This document shows positions 16,244 to 23,731 of a stretch of DNA of 28,273 nucleotides, one piece after another (the first letter of the stretch is position 1; every line of letters starts with the position of its first letter). A program made the position numbers and the translations under genes. The notes beneath the pieces are model-generated. The model did no database searches. It was given only the letters and a program-made list of their open reading frames with translations, and was not told the DNA's origin. This DNA comes from a virus (Duplodnaviria > Caudoviricetes), in IMG/VR virus record IMGVR_UViG_3300020044_001391, positions 1 to 28,273 of that record, one strand, 5' to 3'.

Positions 16244-16275
16244 GGACTAAATTAGTCCATTATCTGATATATACC

Positions 16276-16331
16276 AAATAAAACTCCCTAGCGTTTTAAA
16301 CTAGGGAGAAACCAACTATGAAAAAACAACA
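16276..16331 (-). ncRNA. Candidate small RNA 1 (~50 nt) ending in an intrinsic terminator
   Basis: Preceded by TATCTTTG (16342-16335); contains TTTTTTCATAGTTGGTTT, then CTCCCTAG-N9-CTAGGGAG-TTTTATTT. Confidence 0.55.
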
Positions 16332-16347
16332 TTACAAAGATAACTTT

Positions 16348-16617
16348 TTATTTAGAGCCATCCTGGAGGGGTAAATGCTTACTATTGTCCACTTGACGAT
16401 AGCCTAATCTCCATAGTATTTTGGTTAATGTTACGCTCTTTTCAATCACTTGCTCTTCGCTATCTTCGGGGTTTAGTAAATGGAATATTTCGTGGATATA
16501 TATTTCCATTTTCTTACGTCCCTTTAATCTTGGGTCAATATAGATAATACCATCACTCTCGGCAATGCCGTGTGCTTGTTCTCGCCCTAGTTTCTTATGT
16601 ATTATCTTTATTTTCAC
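16348..16617 (-). CDS. Small HExxH metallopeptidase-like protein
   Basis: Contains HG.A..DG.IYIDPRL......IYIHEIFHL....SEEQV. Confidence 0.7.
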   Translation of the reverse strand: MKIKIIHKKLGREQAHGIAESDGIIYIDPRLKGRKKMEIYIHEIFHLLNPEDSEEQVIEKSVTLTKILWRLGYRQVDNSKHLPLQDGSK

Positions 16618-16799
16618 GCTTTCAATAGTGCTTCGTCTGGACGGTCAACTTCCTTAACCTCAAACTTTGTTCCACCTCTAACCTTTGCCAATACTTGCTT
16701 AATATTAGCTTCCATATTGTACAACTCGGTTAACTTTTTAACTAACCACACTTCTTGCTCTGCTAAAGTCATTTTATTCCAGTTTTTAGGGTATTTCAT
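16614..16799 (-). CDS. Hypothetical protein
   Basis: 61-aa ORF tightly packed with its neighbours. Confidence 0.6.
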   Translation of the reverse strand: MKYPKNWNKMTLAEQEVWLVKKLTELYNMEANIKQVLAKVRGGTKFEVKEVDRPDEALLKA

Positions 16800-16800
16800 T

Positions 16801-16998
16801 TTAATAAACTTTATCGTTATTATTTTCTATTATTTTTCTCAAGTACAAAGCCAAGTCCAAAGCCTCTTCGTAAGCATAATAAATCCAATCATTATTCGAT
16901 AAATCCTTCCTGTCAAGGGTTGTACCGTATTCCAGCTTACCTTTTGCCTCACGCTTACGCATATCTTCAATGACCAAAGTTAAAATATTTGAATCCAT
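16801..16998 (-). CDS. Small helical protein with an EExxD motif (possibly MazG-like NTP pyrophosphohydrolase fold)
   Basis: Contains R...G..EYGTTLDR.DL...DWI..AYEEALDLALYL; the fold call is tentative. Confidence 0.6.
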   Translation of the reverse strand: MDSNILTLVIEDMRKREAKGKLEYGTTLDRKDLSNNDWIYYAYEEALDLALYLRKIIENNNDKVY

Positions 16999-17735
16999 TA
17001 TTTATCAGTTTTTGAGTGAATTTTGCCGCACGTTTTACACTTAAATTGAATCTTAACTAACCCCGAAGCCATTATTCGTTTATTGTTTTTTACTAACTCG
17101 TCCGATCCGCACTCAGGGCAAGTCCCTCTATCGCCGCCAAATATAACTCCATAATGCGTCTTAGCTAGGATATGATTGTTTAATTCTTTGTGAACTTTCT
17201 CCAATAGTACAACGTCCTGTATGCAATAGTCAATCATTGTGTCCATTGCCTTTTTATCATTGTTTAGCATAATGTCCTTCCATAAATCAAAATTAGTGTG
17301 ATTCTTTTGTCCTAAGCCTAAGAATTTACCTATGTAATCTAAGCGGTTAGAATTGAATCTAAACTTTGAACGTGCAATCTTTAAAGTGTCTATTGTAGTG
17401 TAAGTTGGAAACATATCAATCCTATGAAATAGACATCGGGTACGAATCCACGCTAAATCAAATTTGTCGCCATTGTGTCCCACCATTTCGTCGGCTTCGT
17501 TAGCAACCTTAATAAAGTCTTGTAGTAATTTTTTATCGCATTGTTTTTTATCCCATTGAAGATAATAAACGTCTTTGTCCTCTTCCCATTTGTAGCATAT
17601 ACAAATAATCGCACGTTCTTTTATTATGTTTTCCGTGCCTATTTGTAATTTATAACCCGACTGCCAAAATAAACCCACGTTGGCACTTACCTCAATGTCG
17701 AAGTAAAGTCTTTTGCGTTTGGTTGTTGTTGTCAT
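16998..17735 (-). CDS. DnaQ/RNase H-like 3'-5' exonuclease (YprB-like) with C-terminal zinc ribbon
   Basis: Has ExoI FDIE, ExoII HNGDKFD and ExoIII YCIQDV motifs, plus CPECG...CKTCG. Confidence 0.88.
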   Translation of the reverse strand: MTTTTKRKRLYFDIEVSANVGLFWQSGYKLQIGTENIIKERAIICICYKWEEDKDVYYLQWDKKQCDKKLLQDFIKVANEADEMVGHNGDKFDLAWIRTRCLFHRIDMFPTYTTIDTLKIARSKFRFNSNRLDYIGKFLGLGQKNHTNFDLWKDIMLNNDKKAMDTMIDYCIQDVVLLEKVHKELNNHILAKTHYGVIFGGDRGTCPECGSDELVKNNKRIMASGLVKIQFKCKTCGKIHSKTDK

Positions 17736-17753
17736 TATGTTGGTTTTGTTGTT

Positions 17754-18356
17754 TTATATTGAATCCCGTATTAAGTCCGCTTCGGCTTCTCGTCTTAGGA
17801 CCAGCCCGTCCATTCCTTTATGTTCCCAAAGCCGCTTACTGTTTTCAATCTCTTCTGCAATTCCCTCATAATCTTTATTCGCTACCAAAGCAACTATATT
17901 ACGCATTTCCTTGCGTCTCTCACCATTTAAACTTGTTCCCCTATTGTAAATCATAGAAACCAATGCTCCCTGTGTATCTTCGTTTAATTCTGCTAACTGA
18001 GGATAAATGCTCAATGTAGCTTTGTAATATCTAGGCACCGAAGTCTTAACGAATACATCGTATGCAATATTGTACGGAATGCGAACATTTAACACTTCGC
18101 CTCTTAATAAGCCTTTTACCTTTTCACCTTTCAAACCGCATAAAGGACGCAACGCATTAACAAAGTTTAAGTTTAAACTAGGCGACCAATCCGCTAAGAA
18201 TTGTTTCTCCGTGTTATAACCTAAGTCGTAACCGATACCAATAGTAACTCCGCTTTCACCGCCTGGATAGGTTGGTTTCTGCAATGCTTTATCGTAATAA
18301 GTGCGTCCGCCTATTTCAAATTGGATAATTAAATCGATTGCTTTTTTGCTAATCAT
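17754..18356 (-). CDS. Endolysin, lysozyme-fold muramidase (pesticin C-terminal/GH24-like)
   Basis: Contains LI.QFE, PGGESGVTIGIGYDLG, ALVS..YNRG and GLVLRREAEA. Confidence 0.9.
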   Translation of the reverse strand: MISKKAIDLIIQFEIGGRTYYDKALQKPTYPGGESGVTIGIGYDLGYNTEKQFLADWSPSLNLNFVNALRPLCGLKGEKVKGLLRGEVLNVRIPYNIAYDVFVKTSVPRYYKATLSIYPQLAELNEDTQGALVSMIYNRGTSLNGERRKEMRNIVALVANKDYEGIAEEIENSKRLWEHKGMDGLVLRREAEADLIRDSI

Positions 18357-18358
18357 AA

Positions 18359-18538
18359 TTAGTCCTTTTTAGTTACTTTGTCAATCATTGTATCGGGAGC
18401 AAATAACAAACCAATGCCAGTGCTAATAGCAATTAAAGCACCTGACCAATCCGCCTTACCTAAGTAAACAGTTGCCATTCCACCCAATATCAATATCAAT
18501 CCGATTGTGGTAGTTTTCCACGCTTTTAAGTTTCTCAT
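18359..18538 (-). CDS. Putative holin (2 TM segments)
   Basis: The start is reassigned to MRNLKAWKTT; two hydrophobic segments and a charged C-terminus; adjacent to the endolysin. Confidence 0.7.
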   Translation of the reverse strand: MRNLKAWKTTTIGLILILGGMATVYLGKADWSGALIAISTGIGLLFAPDTMIDKVTKKD

Positions 18539-18539
18539 A

Positions 18540-19091
18540 TTAGAATAATTTAAAGTAATAACCAACCGAATATTGGTTAGTCGTAGCAGCAAAGGTAATT
18601 AAGCCATTTTTAGCCGTTTTAAACCCTAAGCCAACTCCTAACCCCACTTTATTGTCAAACGTCCGTAAATCGCTTAAAATGCCCAAATAAAGGCTATTCC
18701 TATCCTTGTGGTATATGTTATTTGTAATCGTGATTGTTTTTTCTCTAATATCAGCTATAAATCGCCTTCCTTGAATTGTGTTTTGACTAATAGTGTCAAT
18801 AATCGTGTATTTTGAACTATCTATTGTAATTGTGTCAGCAAATACCTTAGTGGTCAAATAATCTTTAACGATTGTAATTGTATCGTGTATTGTATTGTGT
18901 AAAGTGTCAACTCGGCTTTGTATAACCTTAAACGGTATTTTATCGCCTTTAATAACCTTAGTAAAAGTTTTCTGTTGGTAAACCGTATCGACTTTTGTTA
19001 TAATAGTCGGGTCGTTCTTTATGTACTTACAACTCTTCCCAAATAGAAAAATTGCTATCGCTACCAATAAAAAGATAACGACTTCTTTCAT
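18540..19091 (-). CDS. Lysis-cassette envelope protein (candidate spanin-like lipoprotein)
   Basis: Has an N-terminal hydrophobic segment ending GKSC, repeated DT[IVL] motifs, and C-terminal amphipathic strands ending YSVGYYFKLF. Confidence 0.6.
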   Translation of the reverse strand: MKEVVIFLLVAIAIFLFGKSCKYIKNDPTIITKVDTVYQQKTFTKVIKGDKIPFKVIQSRVDTLHNTIHDTITIVKDYLTTKVFADTITIDSSKYTIIDTISQNTIQGRRFIADIREKTITITNNIYHKDRNSLYLGILSDLRTFDNKVGLGVGLGFKTAKNGLITFAATTNQYSVGYYFKLF

Positions 19092-19309
19092 TATTCACGG
19101 TCTTGTTTATTTTCCAATGCTACAAATAGCTTGTTTAAACCTGTTTGTATATTGTCAAGTTTCTTGGCTATTACGTCCTCTTGCTTTTCAACCATATTAA
19201 CTCGCACCTCTAATTCTTTAAGTTTTAGGCTTACTTTAACGTAAATGCTAATCAATCCAATGATTATGGCAATGGCTTGTCCAGCCAAGAAAATTGCAAT
19301 ACTTTCCAT
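19091..19309 (-). CDS. Single-TM coiled-coil lysis-cassette protein (holin/XhlA-like)
   Basis: N-terminal TM followed by a heptad coiled coil; first gene of the lysis block. Confidence 0.6.
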   Translation of the reverse strand: MESIAIFLAGQAIAIIIGLISIYVKVSLKLKELEVRVNMVEKQEDVIAKKLDNIQTGLNKLFVALENKQDRE

Positions 19310-19456
19310 TTAGTCCTCTTTTTGTGCTTCAGTTTGAACTCCTTGCTCTTTTGCTAAATTTCCTAAGAACTGAAAAATAGGATTTGCATACTTAGCTGGT
19401 AATTCTAAAAGATAAGCCTCTAATTCTTTTAATTGTGTTTCGTTAAGTTGTATCAT
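19310..19456 (-). CDS. Small hypothetical protein, 48 aa (not in the ORF track)
   Basis: Translates to MIQLNETQLKELEAYLLELPAKYANPIFQFLGNLAKEQGVQTEAQKED; the stop abuts the next start. Confidence 0.7.
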   Translation of the reverse strand: MIQLNETQLKELEAYLLELPAKYANPIFQFLGNLAKEQGVQTEAQKED

Positions 19457-19472
19457 AGTTATTTATTTTATA

Positions 19473-19480
19473 CAAATATA
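19473..19480 (-). promoter_or_regulatory. -7 promoter element TATATTTG upstream of the lysis block
   Basis: TAnnTTTG in the intergenic gap. Confidence 0.55.
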
Positions 19481-19482
19481 AA

Positions 19483-19821
19483 TTAATTTATAGGAGACTG
19501 CCAAGGCAAAGGCAAAACAATTATTGGCGGATTGATAATATCCTCAATTTGTTTGTCTAATCCTAAGTCAATAGTAGGTACGTCTAAACCAGCATCTAGC
19601 CAAGAACATACTTGCTCGTAAGTCAAATCAGGGTAAGCCGTAAAGTCCGTTGAACTTGGAGTGCTGCAATTCATTGTTCCGTAACTAGAAACTAAGATAG
19701 GTTCACCGCCTACATATTGCTCTGCCGTTCTAGTCCAATGCACAGTTACCACTACATCAGTTAAGCCATCTTCGGTTGGCTTTGTATCCATTTGATTAAT
19801 TACCCAATTATAAGTTATCAT
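19483..19821 (-). CDS. Tail-fibre-associated protein
   Basis: Contains Y.W.I..MD....DGL.DVV..VHW...F..Y.DLT.E.V..W...PLPW; directly follows the fibre gene. Confidence 0.65.
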   Translation of the reverse strand: MITYNWVINQMDTKPTEDGLTDVVVTVHWTRTAEQYVGGEPILVSSYGTMNCSTPSSTDFTAYPDLTYEQVCSWLDAGLDVPTIDLGLDKQIEDIINPPIIVLPLPWQSPIN

Positions 19822-19822
19822 T

Positions 19823-22800
19823 TTATTTTATTTTAGCTTTTAATTCTTCTATTTGTGCTTGTTGCTCTTGTATTGCTTTTACTAATAATGCTACCATATT
19901 TGAATAGGCTAATGCATCAGGTGTTTTGTCATCTGCATATTGCACAAATTCAGTCAATCCTAATTCGTGTATTTCCTCAGCAATTAAACCAGCATATTGC
20001 TTATCTCCATCTGTCTCACTTTTACCTTTATAATACACTGCTCTCATTTGCATAACATCAGCAATTCCTTTATCATAATCTCTTACATCCTTTTTATATT
20101 TTAGTGATGATGTAGAACGATTTAATGAGCCATCCGAAGCTATATGCATATTTGCACCACCACCTGTTGTAGCATTATAAGTATATGGACTAAATGTATA
20201 CCCATCACCTCTAATTTTTAATAATGTATTGGTAGAAGATGCATCAAATATCCATAATGGAACATCAGACGAATTTGTACCAGCATTAATTCTTAAACCA
20301 TATGATTGACTTGCATTTGTAGTGCTTTTTAATAATGCTACCCAATAATTACCCGCTCCTGTTATATCTAATGCATCAGCCGTAGTAGGTGTTTTTATTT
20401 GTACTTGACCAGCATTAGTAATTCTCATTGCCTCACTTCCTGACGCAACACTTTCACTAGCACAATTTACTCTTATTGACAAATATCCACCTGCTGCCGT
20501 ATTACCTGCTAAAATATAGTTAATATCATTATTGCCAAATTGCAATACACCTGATGCTCCTGTTATTGACCTTAATGATGTATTATAATTACTACCATAA
20601 TTACCACCTCTTAATCTTAATTCAGCAGTAGTTGCACTATCAACTAAAAATGTATTTAAAACTCTACTTGAACCATTAACATCTAATAAATAAGAAGGCG
20701 AACTTGTTCCTATTCCTACATTGCCTCCACTTGTAATACGCATTCTTTCCGTATTGTTAGTAAATATTGATAATGGAATATTTTCTCTAACTATTAAATA
20801 ACCAATAGAATTTTCTAACCCTAATACTAAACCTCCACTATCTAATGTTTGACTGCTTGTTGCAATTGATAAAAATGATTGTGTAGTGCTACTTTTTACT
20901 CCTAATAAATAACCTTGTGATGTTGGACTATAACCTTGTGATGTTGCACCTATCAATAAACTACCCCCACTTGTAATACGCATTCTTTCAGAGTTAGCAC
21001 CTCCTCCATAATTATTAAATCTTAAAGAATAACTACCTGAACCATCCCTTACATTTAAAACACTTCCTGTTGATGTAGAGTTATCTGATAAAGCAGTAAA
21101 ATCTAATCTTGCTCCTGTTCCATCAGCACTAGATACATTATGTAAATTTAATTGAGTTATAATAGAACTTGCAGACGTACTTACTATTTCAGTAGCAACG
21201 TTAGGTGAAGCAGTTCCAATGCCTACATTTCCAGCCGTTGTAATTCTCATACGTTCAGTATCAGCCGTACCAAATATTAAACTACCACCGTTTCTAGTAC
21301 CAATTGCAAAGTTAGTAGCATAGTTACTAAAAAATAAAGCTAACCCCGCCCTTGATATACCAAAGTCGCTACCTGTCGTAGCCGTTGAATATTGTCTAAA
21401 ATATGAAGTAGCCGTTGAACTATTATTCCTCACTGCTATTTCCGAATAGTCAGTAGTGCTATTTGTTTGTAGCAAAATAGTTGCCGCCGCACTTGCATTG
21501 TAAACGTGTAATTGTGCTAATGGTGAACTTGGATTTCCTATTGATAAATTAGTGCCATCCCAAGCTAAGTTTGCTGAACTTGTAATTGACGAAGTGCCAT
21601 TAAAGTATGTTACTTGTCCACTTGTTCCCGTTCCCGTTACTGGGTTAGTTAAAGCGTTTTGTTTATTGTTAAACGTTGTCCAATCAGTAGAACTTAATGC
21701 ACCTCTATTTGTCGCCGAAGCCGTAGGCAAATTAAAAGTATGAGTTGCCGTTGAACTTGAAATGTTAAAATCCGTTCCACTTGTTCCAGTAGCAAAATAT
21801 TGTACTTGCGTAGTCAAACCATTTAACGCAGTTATCCCAGTTGAAAACGTTGTAATAATTTGACACAAATGCCCATTTTGAGTATGTATTGTCGTAGTTT
21901 TACCGCCACTATTTGTTGCGTATAGTTTAACCGCTAACCTATCCGTAATTGCCAATGTTGTACTTGGGACCGCCATTGCAAAAGTATATAGATTCAAGTT
22001 TATTCCATCGTATAAAATTTCGTTTGAACTAGTCGAAATTAAAGTAAATGTAGTACCGTCGTATTTATATAATTCTGCGTAAAGTTCAGGAGTTCCACCG
22101 TTAGAACTCATTGAAGCATAAATCTCGTAGTTCCAATTACCACCTGGAATGTTTAATAATGCTGGGTCGTTTGCATCCGTTAAAAATGATACAATAAGAC
22201 CATTGCCACTTTTAGCAAAGTCAACACCTGTTCCAGTTTCCGCAGTTCTACTCATTTCATAATAAGTAGTTCCACCGATTGTCCCTTGACTTGTTCCACC
22301 ATTTAGATAATAAGAAACCGAAGAGCCACCGCCGCCACTTGTAGGGAAATCCGCCAAAGTCCCGTCCCCTCTAATATATTGAGAAGGATAACCCGCACCC
22401 GTTACCGCTATTGTTCCGTTTGCAGTCAAAGGTGAATTACTTACTGTAAACGCAGAAGGCATTGTTAATCCTATGCTACTTATAATTGTAGGGAATGTAA
22501 TTAAAGAACCGTTACCCGCTACATATTGAGCCGAAGTTCCAGCAAAGCCTATGTTAATCGTGCCGCTTGTCGAAATTGGTGAGCCTGTAATACTTAACGC
22601 ATCGCCGCTTTCAGTAACCGCCACACTTGTAACCGTACCCGTTGAGCCACTCGCTCTTTGCCAAATAGTCCCCGAATAAATAACTTGGTCGCCCACTACA
22701 AACGAAATAGGACCTGAACCAAAGTTAACCGTTCCAGCTACGTTACATAAATAAACATCGCCTTGGTTACCCGTTCCGTCTGCTAACGTCGGAGTGTTTG

Positions 22801-22999
22801 TTGCTGCGTTCCAAGTTCCCTTATATTCCATTACGGAATTAGGTAACTGAGAAACTAATATTTTACCGCTTGAATCTAATTGCGGTATGCCATTTGCTGC
22901 GTTAATAGGCAAAGAATCTAAAACTCCAGTTGTTCCAGTTATTACTCCGTTAAGGCTTCGCACCTTCGCTCCACTCGTTATGACTAATTGATTGCTCAT
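19823..22999 (-). CDS. Tail fibre/spike with C-terminal Peptidase S74 intramolecular chaperone
   Basis: 1058 aa, G/S/T-rich; contains YKGTWNAATNTP, four E[RA]MRIT..G repeats, and SSLKYKKDV...GLIAEE followed by a coiled coil. Confidence 0.9.
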   Translation of the reverse strand: MSNQLVITSGAKVRSLNGVITGTTGVLDSLPINAANGIPQLDSSGKILVSQLPNSVMEYKGTWNAATNTPTLADGTGNQGDVYLCNVAGTVNFGSGPISFVVGDQVIYSGTIWQRASGSTGTVTSVAVTESGDALSITGSPISTSGTINIGFAGTSAQYVAGNGSLITFPTIISSIGLTMPSAFTVSNSPLTANGTIAVTGAGYPSQYIRGDGTLADFPTSGGGGSSVSYYLNGGTSQGTIGGTTYYEMSRTAETGTGVDFAKSGNGLIVSFLTDANDPALLNIPGGNWNYEIYASMSSNGGTPELYAELYKYDGTTFTLISTSSNEILYDGINLNLYTFAMAVPSTTLAITDRLAVKLYATNSGGKTTTIHTQNGHLCQIITTFSTGITALNGLTTQVQYFATGTSGTDFNISSSTATHTFNLPTASATNRGALSSTDWTTFNNKQNALTNPVTGTGTSGQVTYFNGTSSITSSANLAWDGTNLSIGNPSSPLAQLHVYNASAAATILLQTNSTTDYSEIAVRNNSSTATSYFRQYSTATTGSDFGISRAGLALFFSNYATNFAIGTRNGGSLIFGTADTERMRITTAGNVGIGTASPNVATEIVSTSASSIITQLNLHNVSSADGTGARLDFTALSDNSTSTGSVLNVRDGSGSYSLRFNNYGGGANSERMRITSGGSLLIGATSQGYSPTSQGYLLGVKSSTTQSFLSIATSSQTLDSGGLVLGLENSIGYLIVRENIPLSIFTNNTERMRITSGGNVGIGTSSPSYLLDVNGSSRVLNTFLVDSATTAELRLRGGNYGSNYNTSLRSITGASGVLQFGNNDINYILAGNTAAGGYLSIRVNCASESVASGSEAMRITNAGQVQIKTPTTADALDITGAGNYWVALLKSTTNASQSYGLRINAGTNSSDVPLWIFDASSTNTLLKIRGDGYTFSPYTYNATTGGGANMHIASDGSLNRSTSSLKYKKDVRDYDKGIADVMQMRAVYYKGKSETDGDKQYAGLIAEEIHELGLTEFVQYADDKTPDALAYSNMVALLVKAIQEQQAQIEELKAKIK

Positions 23000-23013
23000 T
23001 TATCTAATTTTTT

Positions 23014-23718
23014 CTATTGAAATAATGCCCTTACATATTCCCCACTTTCTAACGCTCTACTAAACGTTAATACTCCAGTGCTTGAGTTCCATTTAACCTG
23101 TTCGTCAACTGGAGTTCCCGAGCCAATAATATCTTGAACGTCCACACCGCCTCGAGAAACGTATAAACAATTTTTACCTATCATATCCGACCAAGTAATT
23201 GTTGTTTCCGCACCAGCCGCCGTATATCCCTTAGTATATACAACCCCACCCGCTACGATAACCGTACCGCTTGGGTCAACCGAAGTTCCACTCGTAGAAT
23301 AAGGACCAGTCCCCTGTAAACTAACCGAATAAGTAGCTATGTCTTTAAACGGACCGTTCAACTGAAAGCTGGTTAAATTAGTCGTTCCACTAATTACCAC
23401 TAAACCGTCTGCGCCGTTATCAATAACAAACTTAATATCAATCGGAGTTCTATTTTGTTGAATATTTAAGAAGTTTAAATATGAGTATCCGTTTAATGTT
23501 ACTAAGCCGTCGCAATTTATCGTCCAACTAGCCATATCTAATTTGTATTGTCGATACCAAGACGAAGATTGACTTGTTACTTCCTTTTGGTCAACTTGTA
23601 CGTTAAAGTTACAGTTAGTCGAACAAGCGAACGGGATATCACGACCATCGGGATATGTTTCCGAAGGTGCTTCGTGATAATAAAGCATTATATTTTTACC
23701 TTTTACATTGTCTGCCAT
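23014..23718 (-). CDS. Second tail-tube-like protein with C-terminal beta-rich extension
   Basis: VKGKNIMLY...FACSTNC.F.V..D..EVT....W......W.I.CDGL...ATYSVSLQGTG is TP901-1 tube-like; about 90 extra residues follow. Confidence 0.75.
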   Translation of the reverse strand: MADNVKGKNIMLYYHEAPSETYPDGRDIPFACSTNCNFNVQVDQKEVTSQSSSWYRQYKLDMASWTINCDGLVTLNGYSYLNFLNIQQNRTPIDIKFVIDNGADGLVVISGTTNLTSFQLNGPFKDIATYSVSLQGTGPYSTSGTSVDPSGTVIVAGGVVYTKGYTAAGAETTITWSDMIGKNCLYVSRGGVDVQDIIGSGTPVDEQVKWNSSTGVLTFSRALESGEYVRALFQ

Positions 23719-23723
23719 AATTA

Positions 23724-23731
23724 CAAATTTA
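23724..23731 (-). promoter_or_regulatory. -7 promoter element TAAATTTG
   Basis: TAnnTTTG overlapping the upstream stop, 5 nt before the ATG. Confidence 0.4.

Noticed and set aside
16104-16310. Mini-CRISPR array
   Set aside because: There are no identical repeats with unique regular spacers, and no cas genes.
16318-16374. 18-aa plus-strand ORF (MKKQHYKDNFLFRAILEG) with good start context
   Set aside because: It would be the only plus-strand gene, runs into a convergent gene, and has no evident promoter. It is not called, but remains the main alternative to the sRNA 1 interpretation.
19823-22999. Diversity-generating retroelement or invertible fibre cassette
   Set aside because: No reverse transcriptase, invertase, TR/VR pair or flanking inverted repeats were seen.
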